The position numbers and the translations under genes are program-made. DNA of 64,000 nt from NCBI RefSeq assembly GCF_006345805.1, contig NC_042999.1, forward strand, positions 154,256,001 to 154,320,000, in the 5' to 3' direction. This document shows positions 62,331-64,000 of the stretch, one piece after another. Each line of letters opens with the position of its first letter. Position 1 is the first letter of the stretch. The stretch is from Octopus sinensis. Taxonomy: Eukaryota. The notes beneath the pieces are model-generated. The model did no database searches, had not been told where the DNA came from, and saw only the letters and a list, made by a program, of their open reading frames with translations.

Positions 62331-62999
62331 ACTCCTATACATATAAAAATATACATATACATAATGATGTAAATAAATAATATAAATTAGTAAACATATA
62401 TATGTTCCACATTCAATGTTTCAGTTTTTCAACTTAATATTGTGCTAATAAACATACACATATTAGTACCTAGATGCAAATATACATAGTCAATAGTACA
62501 TTATATTACTTCCTACTAATTTCCAAAGTGTCCTTAAAGTTAGCATCATTATCGTTGTCAATACCATTAATGCTACCATTATTATCATTCATAATATTAT
62601 TAATAACGCTTACATTAGGATCCAAAGTGGCACATATGTATGTCCGGGTTCCAGTTAGTAATTTTCCTTATGACATAAATACACTATTGGATTTGAATTT
62701 AAATTATTATTGTCTTCCTCACGGTTGGTTCGCTGAGAGCCGCCCGACCTCCACCACACCTCACAGGAAAAACATACACATCCACATCCAACCCTAAACC
62801 CACACGTCCACATAAAAATCCACACACACATGCACACACACATGAATACACCCCGACACATCCCTACACATTCACTAGATTGCAGAGTGTATGTCTGTCA
62901 TCGCATGGCTTATAGACAAATCAGTACAGGCAGCAGTGTCTATACACTAACACACACACTCACATATATATATATATATGTGTGTGTGTATGTGTGTGT

Positions 63000-63275
63000 G
63001 TCATCATCATCATCATCGTTTAACATCCGTTTTCTGCGCTAGCATGGGTTGGATGGTTCAACCGGGGTCTGGAAACCAGGAGTCTGTACCAAGCTCCAGT
63101 CTGATCTGGCAGTGTTTCTACAGCTGGATGCCCTTCCTAACGCCAACCACTCCATGAGTGTAGTGGGTGCTTTTTATGTGCCACCGGCACAGGTACCAGG
63201 GGAGGCTGGCATCGGCCACATACGGATGGTGCTTTTTATGTGCCACTGGCACAGGTGCCAGGGTAGGCTAGCACC
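63000..63275 (-). mobile_element. Family D retroposon end
   Basis: (CAT)n-GTTTAACATCCG...GGATGCCCTTCCTAACGCCAACC, as at 950. Confidence 0.75.
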
Positions 63276-63319
63276 TGTGTATATATGTGTGTGTGTGTAT
63301 ATATATATCAAGAAATTTT

Positions 63320-64000
63320 ATGAAAGGGAGGAGGAGCTACAGACTTTGGACATAGAGGGTAGCTGGAAATTTCTACGGGGCAGCTTACTGAGTGCCACAG
63401 ACCAAATCTGCAGCTGGTGCAAAGTCCCTTCCAGACCTAGAGTAACGTGGTGGTGGAATATTAATGGTATACAAAGCCATTAGAGAAAAGAAGCAAGCCT
63501 GGAAAGCCTGGAAGAGTGGAGGTATCAGGGAACTGTACCAGACAGCCAGAAGGGAGGCTGGGTGACAGGTATACATAGCCAAGGGAGAAGCAGAAAGAAG
63601 ATTGCTAATGTTCAGTGATGTGAGGACCAAAGAAGTGAAGTATTTTGGATTGCAAGACAGTGTGTGAGAGAAAATTGTGATGTCACAGGAGAGAAATGTG
63701 TCCACATGGATGATGGTACTCTTACCTTTAATGATTCTGAAAAGAAAGAGGCTTGGAGAAACCATTATGAAAGGCTGCTGAATGTGGAGAATGAGTGTTG
63801 ATCCAGTAGAGGGACCAGCTATCCGAATAGACAGCACTATGGTAGATAAAGCAGTTAAAAGCTCCTGACCTATCAGGAATCACTGTTGAGATGCTTAAAA
63901 TATCTGGTGGTGTGGGTTATGGCCCAGTCACCCATATCATAACCCAGGTAATTCATGAAGGAGTCATACTCAATGATTGGTGTAGCAGCACCACAGTCAA
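63320..64000 (+). pseudogene. RTE-clade LINE ORF2 fragment (region between EN and RT), running off the window
   Basis: TWWWN...AIREKKQAWKAWK...EVFWIARQCVREN.DV.GEKCV...KEAWRNHYERLLNVEN...SGITVEMLK; frameshifts present. Confidence 0.9.

Overview
This is eukaryotic, AT-rich DNA dense in microsatellites and transposons. It is most likely from an octopus or other cephalopod, inferred from the SINE families and the (TA)n/(CATA)n density. I found no prokaryotic features, CRISPR arrays, rRNA or true tRNA genes. Most of the window is a mosaic of three tRNA-headed SINE families (called A, B and C here) and an RTE-tail-like family (D). It also holds decayed LINEs (RTE, CR1-like, restriction-like-endonuclease R4/Dong-like), Penelope-like elements (RT, GIY-YIG and hammerhead-bearing terminal repeats), non-autonomous Helitrons and several TIR elements (hAT, pogo/Tigger-like, Merlin-like, a piggyBac-like remnant). 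Almost all ORFs in the track are microsatellite or SINE artefacts. Two unidentified minus-strand host genes are plausible: one with a first coding exon at 9781-9677, and one with penultimate and terminal exons at 57872-57798 and 54355-54182. CpG decay in repeats (strong at about 1-2.5 kb and 53.6-64 kb, weak between) fits two methylated gene bodies around an unmethylated interval. The most interesting observations are: a set of type I hammerhead ribozyme motifs, including an intact core with a ~105-nt helix II insert at 62172-62302; self-nesting and multimerising SINE B copies with recurrent junctions; microsatellite-targeted LINEs; a perfect 29-bp CpG-rich hairpin at 22453-22520; and two long fold-back elements. 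Coordinates were read by eye and may be off by a few bases. Family names need confirmation by alignment.
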